Assembly: GCA_958296135.2 (NCBI GenBank)
Contig: CATQHZ020000001.1
Span: 3,744,001 to 3,808,000, forward strand
From: an uncultured Poribacteria bacterium
GTDB taxonomy: Bacteria > Poribacteria > WGA-4E > WGA-3G
Direction of reading: 5' to 3'
Length of the DNA: 64,000 bases
The notes under the pieces are model-generated. The model was not told the DNA's origin, did not search any database, and saw nothing but the letters and a program-made list of their open reading frames with translations. Within the stretch, counting starts at the first letter, position 1. The number at the start of each line of letters is the position of its first letter. Position numbers and translations under genes: made by a program. Shown one piece after another: positions 1 to 10,892 of this stretch.

Positions 1-215
1 ATGCTGAAATCCTCGGTGCTGGCGACGTGGTTTTTGTAATACGCCGCAATTGCCGAGCCGCCCGTGCCGCCTGTGCCCCCCGTGATAATCTCACCGGCAT
101 CCGTGCCGATTTTCACGTAGTGCGAAACGGGGTGCATCAGCGCGATGAGGGTTTCAGCATCTCTCGCAACGAGCGCGTCAAAATAGGCCGTCACCGTATC
201 ATGCGCAGTCTGCAT
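1..215 (-). CDS. SnoaL/NTF2-like protein, N-terminal part (runs off window start)
   Basis: Not in the ORF track. Hand translation from ATG 215 gives MQTAHDTVTAYFDALVARDAETLIALMHP...AIAAYYKNH, typical of NTF2/SnoaL N-termini. It overlaps the stop of the upstream gene. Confidence 0.6.
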   Translation of the reverse strand, partial: MQTAHDTVTAYFDALVARDAETLIALMHPVSHYVKIGTDAGEIITGGTGGTGGSAIAAYYKNHVASTEDFS

Positions 216-789
216 CGTGAATTCCAGTGAGCGCGTGCCACAAGGCACCGCTCATTTGCTCGCAGGCCTGCACCACGGTTGCTTGGGCATCCGCCGGCAA
301 CGCGCCGATGCGCACCAGCAGTTTTTCCGCCTCGTGCTCGTTGTGCGAATGCGTTTCAAAATACGGCTCCACCGTCTTGGGGAGTTGATAGAACTGCTTC
401 AAGCCGGCGAGTTTGGACTGCGCGGTGGCAGGTTGCTGCGCCTCAAAAGCGTAAAGCGCGCCTAACGCCATCGCCGGCTCAGCAAAGAGTTCGTCCGCTG
501 TTTGCAGCAGTGCTTTCACTTGCGGAACCCGTGCTTCGGAGACAGCGGTGTCCAGTCCATCGGCGAAGTCGGCCCACATATCAATGTGTTCCGTCTCCTC
601 CTCGGCGGTTTCGGCATCGTCAAGCGTCTCCCATCCCTGCGGCAGGGTGGAAATGAAGGCACCGTATTCTCGGGCATAGTGCTGCAGCGATGCGACAGGC
701 AATTCGCCGGCACTCCACGCTTGGTAGAACGGGTGGTTGAGTAAGTTGTAAGCTGCGATTTTTGCATCGAGTTGTTGCTTGATATTCAT
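199..789 (-). CDS. Heme-oxygenase-like diiron enzyme, CADD/PqqC/TenA superfamily (CADD-like)
   Basis: LLNHPFYQAWSAGEL, EEETEH, LYAFE, SKLAGL and YFETH motifs; start at MNIKQ after a GGAG SD. Confidence 0.75.
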   Translation of the reverse strand: MNIKQQLDAKIAAYNLLNHPFYQAWSAGELPVASLQHYAREYGAFISTLPQGWETLDDAETAEEETEHIDMWADFADGLDTAVSEARVPQVKALLQTADELFAEPAMALGALYAFEAQQPATAQSKLAGLKQFYQLPKTVEPYFETHSHNEHEAEKLLVRIGALPADAQATVVQACEQMSGALWHALTGIHDADCA

Positions 790-1149
790 CAAAGTTACTC
801 CTTTTTTTCTAGTTGCTATGGGCATGGCGAGGGACAGTGGACATCTCTGCAACGAGGCTGCAGCTCATACGTCTGTGCCTACACAATCGACAGCAGATGA
901 CAGCGTCTCGGCGTAACGGCCCTCACTCTACGATAACGCCGGCTCAAGTTAAAACTACGCAAGATAGTTTAACACATTAAACGAATTGATGTCAAGAATT
1001 GGAAAATGAAATCCAGAACGGTTCAGGGAGTTCAGGCTCGCAACCCGCATCGTCCCGTGCCAGTCCTTTTTTTTGTTTAATTAAAACCCAAAATATGCTA
1101 TAATTAATTATCATCTCAAATCCATTGTCAGAAAGGAAGAAGCGTGCCG

Positions 1150-1470
1150 ATGTCAGAAAAACCAGCACCCTACCAAGGCATCCCTGAAGACAGGCTCATC
1201 CTGCGCGATTACCTCGCCGCGGACCGGACGATTCTCGCAAACGAACGGACGTTCCTCGCCTACATCCGCACCGCGCTCACGCTGTTCGTCGCAGGACTAT
1301 CCTTCGTGCATCTCAAAATCTTTAGCTCGCCTATCGTCGAGACAATCGGCGTTATTTTCATCTTACTCGGCATCGTCACATTCCTCGTCGGCCTTGTCAG
1401 ATATCAGCGGATGCAAGGACTCATTCGCGAGATTAAACGCAAAGAATTAGGAGAAGAAAACCCATCATGA
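1150..1470 (+). CDS. DUF202/YidH-like inner membrane protein
   Basis: RDYLAADRTILANERTFLAYIRTAL motif plus two TM segments. Confidence 0.85.
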   Translation: MSEKPAPYQGIPEDRLILRDYLAADRTILANERTFLAYIRTALTLFVAGLSFVHLKIFSSPIVETIGVIFILLGIVTFLVGLVRYQRMQGLIREIKRKELGEENPS

Positions 1471-2489
1471 CACTAAAAGAAGTCGTCGTTACTGGGCAAA
1501 ATCAGGTGGTACTCCAAACGGCCGAACTCGATACATCGGCACTCGCGGCTAACGAAGTGCTACTCGACACCGAATACACCTTCATTAGCAGCGGCACCGA
1601 ACTCGCCAACTACACGGGTAGAGAACCGAAAGTCTTTCAGAAAGGCGCATGGTGCGAATACCCGTGGCGTTCCGGCTACGCGAACGTCGGCATTGTGCGC
1701 GAAATTGGCCCAGGCGTAACGCGAACTGCCCCCGGCGAACGTGTCTTCACATACGGCCGGCACGCCTCAACTGTCCGTTACTCTCAAGACCGGCTCATCG
1801 CACCCGTTACGCAAGATATCGAACCGGGCGTTATTGCTGCATCCCGCATGGCAGGCGTCGCGATGACGGCCATCGTCGTCGCTGAAATCCCAACGAACGC
1901 CACCGTCATCGTCTTTGGCATGGGGCTTGTCGGTAACCTCGCCGCGCAGATGTTCCAGATACACGGATGCCGCGTCATCGGCGTAGATCCGGTGCCAGAG
2001 AGGCGCGCACTCGCGCAACGGTGCGGCATTGAACATACTGTCGGCGGGAGCGCAGACGAAGCACAAGCACAACTTCACGAACTCACGAACGGGGAACTCG
2101 CCAACATTACCGTCGATGCCGTTGGGCATAGCGGCGTTGTGATGCAGGCCCTTCGCGCCACGGCCAACCACGGACAGATAGTCATCTTAGGCACGCCGCG
2201 CGTTTCTGTACCCGGCGATCTGACTGAACTGCTCTCCGAAACACACTTGCGGTGGATTATCATCCGTGGGGCATTGGAGTGGTGCGTGCCGATGTATCCG
2301 GACATCGGCTCCCGCAACTCGCAGTGGAGCAAGCAACAGACAATTTTTGACTGGATGGCGCGACAGCAGTTGCACGTCGAACCGCTCATCTCGCACCGTC
2401 TCAAGCCCGAACAAATCAAGCAAGCCTACGACGGCCTCCTCAACGAACCGAATGTCTACACCGGTGTCGTTTTGGAGTGGCACGCCTAA
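1467..2489 (+). CDS. Zinc-binding alcohol dehydrogenase (MDR) family oxidoreductase
   Basis: ISSGTE, GYANVG and GMGLVG Rossmann motifs; ATGA overlap with the upstream gene. Confidence 0.85.
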   Translation: MTLKEVVVTGQNQVVLQTAELDTSALAANEVLLDTEYTFISSGTELANYTGREPKVFQKGAWCEYPWRSGYANVGIVREIGPGVTRTAPGERVFTYGRHASTVRYSQDRLIAPVTQDIEPGVIAASRMAGVAMTAIVVAEIPTNATVIVFGMGLVGNLAAQMFQIHGCRVIGVDPVPERRALAQRCGIEHTVGGSADEAQAQLHELTNGELANITVDAVGHSGVVMQALRATANHGQIVILGTPRVSVPGDLTELLSETHLRWIIIRGALEWCVPMYPDIGSRNSQWSKQQTIFDWMARQQLHVEPLISHRLKPEQIKQAYDGLLNEPNVYTGVVLEWHA

Positions 2490-2572
2490 CCGGGCGCGGC
2501 CGTAGGGCGAGGGCCCGGCGAGCACGAATCGCCGAGGGTTCCCCTCGCCGTGCCAAGGATACAAAAACTTAT

Positions 2573-3484
2573 ATGTTCATCAACTGCACTCACTCAGAAC
2601 TGCCAGCGGGCCTCAAAGCGCGGCTCAGCCATAACCAAGTTACCGCCCTTACCTTCTCACCGGATGGCACCAAGATCGCCGCCGGTGGCGAGGGCCGCAT
2701 CTGGATTTACGCGCGGGACACCGGCGCACAGTTTGCCATGCTACCCGGGCATACCGCGCGCGTCCGAGCCCTCGCCTTCGCACCCGATAACCGAAGACTC
2801 GCCAGCGGCTGCGACGATAACACACTGTGGCTCTGGGACACAGACACCGCCCGCGAAATATCGCTCCTCGCCGGGCATACCGCCATGGTTGATGCGATAG
2901 CTGTCGCCCCAGATGGAATGCCGATGCCGGCCTGGGCAGAAGTTTTGCCGACGTTTACAACATCCCCCGGTCGGATTCGCGCCCTCGCGTTCGCACCCGC
3001 CAACTCTGCTCAAGACATACTTGCCAGTGGTAACACCGATGGAAAAATTCGGCTGTGGGATTTGGATACGGGACACGCTATTCATACGCTCGCCGCGCAC
3101 GACGGGCTCGTCTTAGCGTTGGACTTCTCGGCTGATGGCAACCATCTCGCCAGCGGCAGCTCCGATACAACCGTCCGACTGTGGGATATAGAAAACGGTG
3201 AACTCCTCGCAACGCTGATTTCGCACACCGACTCGGCGCATGCCGTGGCATTTTCACAAGATAGAGCCTACCTCGCCTCGGGTGGGAAAGACCGGCAGAT
3301 TCGCATCTGGGAACTCTTGTCCTTATCAGAAACAACCAAGGCTGAAACTGCATACGAACGCGACAGCATCGCGACAGCCAAACTCCCCGCGCAGGAGAGT
3401 GCCATCCGCGCCTTAACCTTCACCGAAGATGGGCAGCTTATGAGCGCGAACCATGATGGCACACTCTACTTCTGGCACGCTTAA
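2573..3484 (+). CDS. WD40-repeat protein
   Basis: Repeated GHT...ALAFSPDG..LASG..D.T.RLWD units. The start was moved to MFINC because the upstream part of the ORF is REP-derived. Confidence 0.85.
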   Translation: MFINCTHSELPAGLKARLSHNQVTALTFSPDGTKIAAGGEGRIWIYARDTGAQFAMLPGHTARVRALAFAPDNRRLASGCDDNTLWLWDTDTAREISLLAGHTAMVDAIAVAPDGMPMPAWAEVLPTFTTSPGRIRALAFAPANSAQDILASGNTDGKIRLWDLDTGHAIHTLAAHDGLVLALDFSADGNHLASGSSDTTVRLWDIENGELLATLISHTDSAHAVAFSQDRAYLASGGKDRQIRIWELLSLSETTKAETAYERDSIATAKLPAQESAIRALTFTEDGQLMSANHDGTLYFWHA

Positions 3485-3595
3485 ACCGCCGCACGAAACT
3501 TGAAATGACGTTGATTTGTCTCGCCGCTGTAGGTGGAGATTCGCCTCAACTTCACCTACAAAGGAACGCGACCATTTAAAAACTAAATGCCGCTG

Positions 3596-4648
3596 CTAGC
3601 AAACCCAAAGCGACTCATCCTGAGCCCGCAGACAATCTACGGAGACGGCTAACTCATGCGTCCCACTCCCAAAGACGACACCCTTCAGCAGCGTCACATC
3701 CGAATAATCGCGACCCCAGGCCACCGTGATATGCTGCTCGCCCAGCATCTGATTATTCGTCGGATCGAAGTCTACCCACTCGCCGCTGTTTCCGGTAGAC
3801 GCGCTTCGCGAGGGATCGGCCATCGCGCCATAGGGGAGGCTCTCGCTTGCCAAGCGCGCCACATCCGGAAAATAAACCGAAAACCACGCATGCGATGCAT
3901 CCGCTCCCACAAGACGCGCCTGCCCCGGGGGCGGAACAGTTTCAATATACCCGCTCACATAACGCGCCGCCAACCCCATCGCCCGAAGACACCCGATACC
4001 CAAATGCGCAAAATCTTGGCAGACACCGCGACGATGCCCCAACACCTCCGCTAACGGTGTCGCAACCGTGGTAAACCCCGGGTCGTACGTGAAATCGGTA
4101 TAGAGGCGCGCCATTAAGTCTTGCACCGCATCTCGCAGCAGTCTCCCCGGCGCAAACGATGGCGTTGCATACTCCCTAAGTGCCGATAACCGCATCGGAA
4201 TCATCGGCGAATCTAGCAGATACTGCCGTATCTCTAAAATCTCCGGATGTTGCGCCGTGTGGAGTTGCGCACGAACCTCTTCCCACGTTGCGCCTTCAGC
4301 AACTTCGCGCGCCGCCGTGCTACTCTGCTGCACCTCCACACGACTCGTCACGGTGATGGTAAGTGCCTGATGCGGCCGCTGAATCGCAAAATAACAGACA
4401 GTATTCCCGAAGAAATCCTCACGCTCCCGATAATTCGCCGGCTCTGGTTCAACGACAAATCGGCTGCGGCTAACCTGTTGCAAATGCCCCCACTCCGACA
4501 GCACCCCATTCGGCGTGTAATGTTTATAGGGCTGTCTTGCGAAACTCCGCGGCATCAGCCGCGCCTCGTTATAGGAGAGATTCGCCGTGTCGCTATAAGT
4601 GTAGTGCGTTTTATGCGTAATTTGATAATGCACTGTTTTTCTCAACAC
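3596..4648 (-). CDS. Transglutaminase-like cysteine protease (Bact_transglu_N + core)
   Basis: YQITHKTHYTY N-terminus; C-H-D triad in GVCQDFAH, SHAW, FDPTN; WGRDYSDV. Confidence 0.9.
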   Translation of the reverse strand: MLRKTVHYQITHKTHYTYSDTANLSYNEARLMPRSFARQPYKHYTPNGVLSEWGHLQQVSRSRFVVEPEPANYREREDFFGNTVCYFAIQRPHQALTITVTSRVEVQQSSTAAREVAEGATWEEVRAQLHTAQHPEILEIRQYLLDSPMIPMRLSALREYATPSFAPGRLLRDAVQDLMARLYTDFTYDPGFTTVATPLAEVLGHRRGVCQDFAHLGIGCLRAMGLAARYVSGYIETVPPPGQARLVGADASHAWFSVYFPDVARLASESLPYGAMADPSRSASTGNSGEWVDFDPTNNQMLGEQHITVAWGRDYSDVTLLKGVVFGSGTHELAVSVDCLRAQDESLWVC

Positions 4649-4649
4649 C

Positions 4650-4865
4650 GGTAGGAGAGACCTCCCGGTCTCGACTTCCCCGGTACAAGGAACCTCCCGC
4701 GTCCCGATTCATTCCGTAGGAGGGACATCCCTGTCCCGATGCCTCCCCCGGTACAAGGAACCTCCCGCGTCCCGAGACTCTTATACATCGGCACAATTTC
4801 GTATCAGCCCGTAGCGCGAGGGAAAACCCGGCGAGCGCGAATCGCCGAGGGTTTCCCTCGCGAAC
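4650..4865. repeat. Cluster of GTAG/GTAC-hairpin REP-like repeats
   Basis: GTAGGAGAGACCTCCCGGTCTCG, GTAGGAGGGACATCCCTGTCCCG and GTAGCGCGAGGG...CCCTCGCG units. Confidence 0.8.
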
Positions 4866-4895
4866 CCCGTCCCCACGAAAAACCCACGGTTATCA

Positions 4896-7532
4896 CTAGT
4901 TTATCCGCACCAACTGCTGCGGCCCCTGCACATGACTGAAATACGTCCGCGTTAACGCATCTGAAATTTCCAGAAGCAGCTGCGCCAGCCGCGCCAGAAG
5001 TTTCTCTAACCCCTGACGCTCTGGCATCTTTTCAGAACGTTCTGCGAGCTGCATCGTATCCGAGAGTTGCAGCTGCGTCAACGCCTCCAAAATCAGCTGC
5101 TCCTCCGGACTCAGGCGATACCCGAGTTTCTCCCGCGGCAGCGAACGGATTTGCGCCTGTAGCCGTTTTAATTGATAGACGAGGGCACGTGGATTACTTT
5201 CATCAAGCAGCAGCAATTCCAGCACCGTCGGAAAATGCAATTCCGCGCGATACCTGCCGCGATAGGTAATCAGACTCTCCGCCGCCGCCAAAATGGCTTC
5301 CAGCAACCGCTGTTCAACCCAGTTATCAGATGCCCCGACGAGACTGGAACGGCACAGCCAAATCAGCAGGAGCGCGCGTTCAATCCGCCGCCCCATATCA
5401 AGGCTGAGCCAGCCTATCGTCTGCGTCATGCTCTCGGCGTTCAAGCCTGTTAGGGCAGCGAGAAAAATCATCAGCTGATCGATTTCTGTCTGGATATCCT
5501 GCTGTGCGCGCGTCTCCAATTCCTTATTGCCGGGCGGCGCGCTCCGCCAGTCCTGCCGTTTTTCCAACACCTTTTTCTCAAGCGCGCTACACAAACTTTC
5601 AATGTTATTCATCACGCGCCATGTATCAGTAGACCATCTGTCACGCACCGCATACGCGGCACTCACCATCGCCCGGAGCGTTGAGACAAGACTGCCGCGC
5701 TGTTTCGTGTCGAGAGTGATAGCAAACAGTTCGTCCGTTAACGTCGTCCCCTTGGACGCGTTGCGTCCATCAGTGTTACCAGAGAACCCGGTCACAGCAC
5801 GGAGCAAACTGCGCAGATACGTCAATTCCGAGCCCCCTCGCGTGCCCTCTGTTAACGGACTTGCCTGCAATGTATCCATGATAATCCGCAGCAACCGCGC
5901 CTGTCCCTCCGCACGTTCCGCGTAACGCCCTACCCAAAACAGATTTTCGGCAGAACGGCTCGACAACCCCTGCGAATTCCCAACGTTGTCATACGCCAAC
6001 GGACGCAGGTAGCCGCTCTTTGGCTGCCGCCATAGACTGACGTGCGGCTCAGGCTCATCGGCGAGGACCCAGGTATCCTTACTCACGCCGCCGGCCCGGC
6101 TCGAGACGATGAGCGCGCCTTTCTTCGCCGCGCGCCGCGTGAGCCCCCCCGGCATCACAACGTACCCCTCTTTTTGTGCGAACAAGAAACTGCGGAGCGT
6201 CGCGTGGCGCGGCTCAAGCCTGCCTGCAATCAGCGAAGGCGTTGTCGAGAAATGCACCTGCTCCTGTCCGACGTAAAGATGCGGTTCCGCACGAATCCGC
6301 TCGCGGAGCGTCGCCCGCGCCGCGCTGCTCATCTCTGCCCCAAACAGCGGATAGGCATCCATCGGTTTTCGGTGAATCGTTTTGATAACGAGGCGTTCAA
6401 GGTTCTCTAGCACATACGCCAACTGCTTTGGCTGCCCGCACCACCACGTCGCCACCGATGGCAGAAGCAGTGAGCCGCCATTAGGCACAATGCCAAACCA
6501 CTTTGCGATGCCCGGCAGAAACGGCATCAAGCCCGGATTCTCCAAAACGCTGCTCCCCGGCGCATTCACCACAACGACATTGCCGAGCCGAATCGCTTCC
6601 ATCAACCCTGCAACACCGAGCCGCGAGTCCTGCCGTAATTCCAGCGGATCGCAGAAGACATCGTCCACTCGCCGCAAAATAATATCTACCGGACGCAATC
6701 CATCAAGCGATTTCAACCAGACGCGCCCATCCCACACCGTCAAATCATCCCCCTGCACGAGGGTATAACCGAGATAACTCGCCAAATACGCATGCTCAAA
6801 ATAGGTCTCGTTGAGCGGACCGGGTGTCAGCACAACGACATGCGGGTTCGCTTTCCCGTGTGGCGCGATTTCTGACAAGCCGTTCTGCAACGCACGAAAG
6901 AAGAAAGAGAGCCGATGCACACCCACATCGCCAAATAGATTGGGCATCACCCGCGCCAGCGCAGTACGGTTTTCAAGCGCATACCCCGCACCCGACGGAG
7001 CCTGCGTCCGGTCGCTCAGCACCCACATTCTCCCATCAGACCCGCGTGCCAAATCCGCCGCATACATCAGGAGAAGCGACCTCCCAGCCGCAATCCCATC
7101 ACACCCCCGCAAAAATCCAGCGTGTGCATAGACAACCTCCGGCGGCAGCACCCCTTCCTTAATAAGCCGACGTTCCCCATATAAATCCGCCAGCACGAGG
7201 TTCAGCAACTCGGCGCGCTGCGTCAATCCGGCAGAGATAACCTCCCAATCCGAATGCGATAAAATCAGCGGAATCGGATCCAACTCCCACGGACGATGGC
7301 CCCGCTCTTCCCCATGCACAACATAGGTGACACCGTTCTCCCGCAGCAACCGCCGAACTTCCCGGTGACGCACTTGCATCTCATCAAGTCCAAACGACTC
7401 AAGTGCCGCAATGAAAGCGCGCCAATGCGAATTGACATGCCGCCCCGAAGTCAGCATCTCATCAAAAGACGCATCCGCAGTCGTATATATATCCTCAATA
7501 ACGGTGTAGTCTGTGTCGTTTGAACGCTGCAT
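4896..7532 (-). CDS. Circularly permuted type 2 ATP-grasp protein fused to alpha-E (DUF403) domain
   Basis: DRTQAPSGAGYALENR, YFEHAYLA, RRVDD..CDPLE, PGGLTR and SKDTWV, followed by AENLFWVGRYAERAE and GRRIERA. Confidence 0.9.
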   Translation of the reverse strand: MQRSNDTDYTVIEDIYTTADASFDEMLTSGRHVNSHWRAFIAALESFGLDEMQVRHREVRRLLRENGVTYVVHGEERGHRPWELDPIPLILSHSDWEVISAGLTQRAELLNLVLADLYGERRLIKEGVLPPEVVYAHAGFLRGCDGIAAGRSLLLMYAADLARGSDGRMWVLSDRTQAPSGAGYALENRTALARVMPNLFGDVGVHRLSFFFRALQNGLSEIAPHGKANPHVVVLTPGPLNETYFEHAYLASYLGYTLVQGDDLTVWDGRVWLKSLDGLRPVDIILRRVDDVFCDPLELRQDSRLGVAGLMEAIRLGNVVVVNAPGSSVLENPGLMPFLPGIAKWFGIVPNGGSLLLPSVATWWCGQPKQLAYVLENLERLVIKTIHRKPMDAYPLFGAEMSSAARATLRERIRAEPHLYVGQEQVHFSTTPSLIAGRLEPRHATLRSFLFAQKEGYVVMPGGLTRRAAKKGALIVSSRAGGVSKDTWVLADEPEPHVSLWRQPKSGYLRPLAYDNVGNSQGLSSRSAENLFWVGRYAERAEGQARLLRIIMDTLQASPLTEGTRGGSELTYLRSLLRAVTGFSGNTDGRNASKGTTLTDELFAITLDTKQRGSLVSTLRAMVSAAYAVRDRWSTDTWRVMNNIESLCSALEKKVLEKRQDWRSAPPGNKELETRAQQDIQTEIDQLMIFLAALTGLNAESMTQTIGWLSLDMGRRIERALLLIWLCRSSLVGASDNWVEQRLLEAILAAAESLITYRGRYRAELHFPTVLELLLLDESNPRALVYQLKRLQAQIRSLPREKLGYRLSPEEQLILEALTQLQLSDTMQLAERSEKMPERQGLEKLLARLAQLLLEISDALTRTYFSHVQGPQQLVRIN

Positions 7533-7781
7533 ACCTTTTGCCCAATCCCCGCGCCATCCCAGATTTTCTCAAAAACAGCGAACGGTAACGTCCATTACGT
7601 CACGCGCTGAAAACTCGTTGCCGCTGCACTGCTTGAAATATTATAATACGCCACATCTCGCAAAATGTCAAACCTATTCTGAATCCCGCGATTCAGACAA
7701 ACGAAGCCCGCGAAACAATTTTCTTGCAATTTATCCCAAATCACGTTATAATCCTCCCTAAATCACCCAGGCTGGAGGCCA

Positions 7782-10700
7782 ATGATGCTCAGCATCAAAC
7801 CCACGCACAAACCGATAACAACCTATTACGCCGAACTCGGACAGTATACGAGCCTCGGCGCACAACACGAGGGAGCCGTCCGCGTCGCCTTCCAAAACCT
7901 GCTGCAACACTATTGCGGACAACGCACGCTCACGCTGATATGCGAGCAGACGCGCACCACCCCTAACGGAAACCAGATTCGCATTGATGGCGAAATCGTC
8001 ACCGACTTCGGCTTAGTCTTCGGGCATTGGGAAGCGAAAGACTTGCTCGATGAGCTCCCCGCCGAAGTGCAACACAAGTTGACAACGGGCTATCCTGCCA
8101 AAAATATCATCTTCCAAACCCCGCACCGTGCGAGACTCTACCAAAACGGTTCGCTCGTGCTGGACTTGGACATCACCGAGCCGCGCCAGCTCGTCCAACT
8201 GCTCGAGACCTTCTTCGCCTACACCGAAGAAAACCTCGCCGACTGGGATGCAGCCGTGGACACTTTCCAAGATACCATCCCCGAGCTCGGCGCGAGACTC
8301 GAAGCACTCATCCAAACCGAACGCCAAAATACGCCCGACTTCCGCGAGGCGTTCGCGAACTTCCATCGCCAATGCCGAGACGCAATCAACCCTAACCTCG
8401 CCGAAACCGAAGTCGAACGGATGCTCGCGCAGCACCTCTTGACAGAACGCATCTTCCGCACCGTTTTTGATAACCCGGATTTCACGAATCGGAATATCAT
8501 CGCGCAAGAAATAGAAAAGGTGATTCGCGTGCTGACGCGGCACGCCTTGAATCGGAATCAGTTCCTCAACAGTCTTGATGGATTCTACGCCGCTGTGGAA
8601 AACACGGCGCGAACGCTGACAGACTATTCGCAGAAGCAGGCATTTCTCAATACCGTCTATCAACGCTTTTTTCAAGGGTTCTCTGTCAAAACCGCCGATA
8701 CACACGGCATCGTCTACACGCCGCAACCCATCGTCGATTTCATGGTGAACAGCGTGCAGCACCTCTTGAAAACCCACTTCGGCAAATCGCTGTCCGATAC
8801 AGGTGTCCATATCATCGATCCGTTTGTCGGCACCGGCAACTTCATCGTACGCCTGATGCAGGAAATCCCCGGCATCGCCCTAGACAAAAAGTATCGCGGC
8901 GAACTCCACTGCAACGAGGTGATGCTGCTGCCTTATTACATCGCCACGATGAACATCGAACACGCCTATTTCGAGAAAATGGGACGGTATGAGCCGTTCA
9001 AGCATATCTGTTTCGTTGACACGTTTGATACCTTCGGGCTCATGGACACGCCGCATCAGACAGGGCAGTTTGCCTTTCTCACGCAGGAAAACACGCTGCG
9101 CGTCAAAGAGCAGAAAGATACCCCGATGTTTGTCGTCATCGGCAATCCGCCATATAACGCGAGCCAGACTAACGAGAACGATAACAACAAGAACCGGCCC
9201 CACGAAGCAGTCGATGCGCGCGTCCGCGCTACCTATGCCGCTGCCTCCACGGCGCAACTGAAAAACAAACTCTACGATCCTTACGTCAAATCCCTCCGCT
9301 GGGCATCGGATAAAATCGGGGAAGAAGGCATCATCGCGTTTATCACGAACAACAGTTTTCTGGATGCGGCGATGTTCGATGGGATGCGGCAGTGTCTCGC
9401 CGAGGAATTCGACTGGCTCCACATCGTCGATCTGGGTGGGAACATCCGCAAGGGGCAAAAGGGAGATTCCAACGTGTTCGGCATTCAAGTCGGTGTCAGC
9501 ATCAATCTGTTGGTGAAGACAAAGGGCCCTCGGCAAGGGGCCGCGCACATTCTCTATAACGATGAAGCGGCTGAGTTGCCGAGAGAACAGACGTTCCAAT
9601 TTCTGGAGGAACGCGAGCACGTCGGCAATCTCAAGTGGCAGGAGATTCAGCCGAATGCACGCCAAATGTGGCTCACGGAGGGGCTCGAACCCGACTTTGA
9701 CACCTTCATCCCGATGGGCACCAAGAAAGCAAAGGCGGCGAAAGGCGATGTTGAAGGCACACTCTTTAAAACTTATAGTCTCGGCGTGGTGACGAACCGT
9801 GATGCATGGGTTTACAATTTTGACGCACGCGCCTTGACAGAGAATCTGTCTCGGATGATGGAGTTCTACAACGCGGAAACATCTCGGTGGCAGCGGCGAA
9901 CCGAGCGTGACATAAATGTCAGCGATTTTGTGAGTCAGGAGCGCACCCAAATCAAGTGGACAGACCGGCTGAAAGCGGCATTAAAAAAAGGAACGTTGGT
10001 GACGTTCGCGCCCGAGCAGATTCGCACGTCTCTCTATCGTCCGTTTACCAAATCGCACCTCTATTTTGACAGGTTGATGAACCAACGTGTCTATGTGATG
10101 CCCGCCATCTTCCCGACACCGGAGACCGAACAGGAAAATCGGGTTATCTGTGTGCCAAGCACCGGAGCACGCACGAACTTTTGGTGCTATGTAACAAACG
10201 TCCTCCCGAATTTGACGCTAACGGGAACGGACGGAAATCAGTGTTTTCCCTTTTACACCTACGACGAAGATGGCACCAACCGCCGAGAAAACATCACCGA
10301 CTGGGCTCTCGCACAGTTCCGGGCACACTACGCCGACGAGACTCTCTCCAAGTGGGACATTTTCCACTACAATTACGCGGTGCTGCATCATCCTGAGTAT
10401 CGCGAACGGTATCAGGTGAACTTGAAGCACGATTTGCCGCATCTCCCGTTCGCCCCAGAGTTCTGGGAGTTCGTGGAAATTGGGCGGCAACTGGCAGACT
10501 TGCACGTCAATTATGAAGCACTTGACGTGCTGCCAAACGTCGTTGAGACACCGGGCGTGCCGCTGAATTGGCGCGTGGCACAGATGAAGTTGTCAAAAGA
10601 CAAGACCGAGGTGCGCTACAACGAATCGTTGACGCTAGTGGATATTCCGCCGGCCGTGTTTGATTATCAGTTGGGGCGGCGTTCGGCATTGGAATGGGTC

Positions 10701-10892
10701 CTCGATCAGTATCGAGTGAAGTCGGATCCGAATGGTAGCGGTATTGTTGCGGATCCGAATCGTGTTGAGGATGCGCAATATATCGTTCGGTTGCTTGGGC
10801 AGGTGATGCGTGTGAGTGCGGAGACGGTGCGGTTGGTTGGGGAATTGCCGTCGCTGTTTCCGTCGGACGAAGAACGTCCTTCTTCACCGTAG
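7782..10892 (+). CDS. Single-chain type IIG/ISP-like restriction-modification enzyme (nuclease + m6A MTase + specificity domain)
   Basis: RIDG...HWEAK PD-(D/E)xK-like N-terminus, GIVYTPQPIVDF, DPFVGTGNF (motif I), GNPPY (motif IV), YRPF and YRERY..NL...LP in the C-terminal region; no helicase. Confidence 0.85.
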   Translation: MMLSIKPTHKPITTYYAELGQYTSLGAQHEGAVRVAFQNLLQHYCGQRTLTLICEQTRTTPNGNQIRIDGEIVTDFGLVFGHWEAKDLLDELPAEVQHKLTTGYPAKNIIFQTPHRARLYQNGSLVLDLDITEPRQLVQLLETFFAYTEENLADWDAAVDTFQDTIPELGARLEALIQTERQNTPDFREAFANFHRQCRDAINPNLAETEVERMLAQHLLTERIFRTVFDNPDFTNRNIIAQEIEKVIRVLTRHALNRNQFLNSLDGFYAAVENTARTLTDYSQKQAFLNTVYQRFFQGFSVKTADTHGIVYTPQPIVDFMVNSVQHLLKTHFGKSLSDTGVHIIDPFVGTGNFIVRLMQEIPGIALDKKYRGELHCNEVMLLPYYIATMNIEHAYFEKMGRYEPFKHICFVDTFDTFGLMDTPHQTGQFAFLTQENTLRVKEQKDTPMFVVIGNPPYNASQTNENDNNKNRPHEAVDARVRATYAAASTAQLKNKLYDPYVKSLRWASDKIGEEGIIAFITNNSFLDAAMFDGMRQCLAEEFDWLHIVDLGGNIRKGQKGDSNVFGIQVGVSINLLVKTKGPRQGAAHILYNDEAAELPREQTFQFLEEREHVGNLKWQEIQPNARQMWLTEGLEPDFDTFIPMGTKKAKAAKGDVEGTLFKTYSLGVVTNRDAWVYNFDARALTENLSRMMEFYNAETSRWQRRTERDINVSDFVSQERTQIKWTDRLKAALKKGTLVTFAPEQIRTSLYRPFTKSHLYFDRLMNQRVYVMPAIFPTPETEQENRVICVPSTGARTNFWCYVTNVLPNLTLTGTDGNQCFPFYTYDEDGTNRRENITDWALAQFRAHYADETLSKWDIFHYNYAVLHHPEYRERYQVNLKHDLPHLPFAPEFWEFVEIGRQLADLHVNYEALDVLPNVVETPGVPLNWRVAQMKLSKDKTEVRYNESLTLVDIPPAVFDYQLGRRSALEWVLDQYRVKSDPNGSGIVADPNRVEDAQYIVRLLGQVMRVSAETVRLVGELPSLFPSDEERPSSP

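Noticed and set aside
8013-9950. Long antisense ORFs (also 14249-15040, 18801-19589, 19706-20686)
   Set aside because: Shadow frames of well-supported genes in GC-rich DNA.
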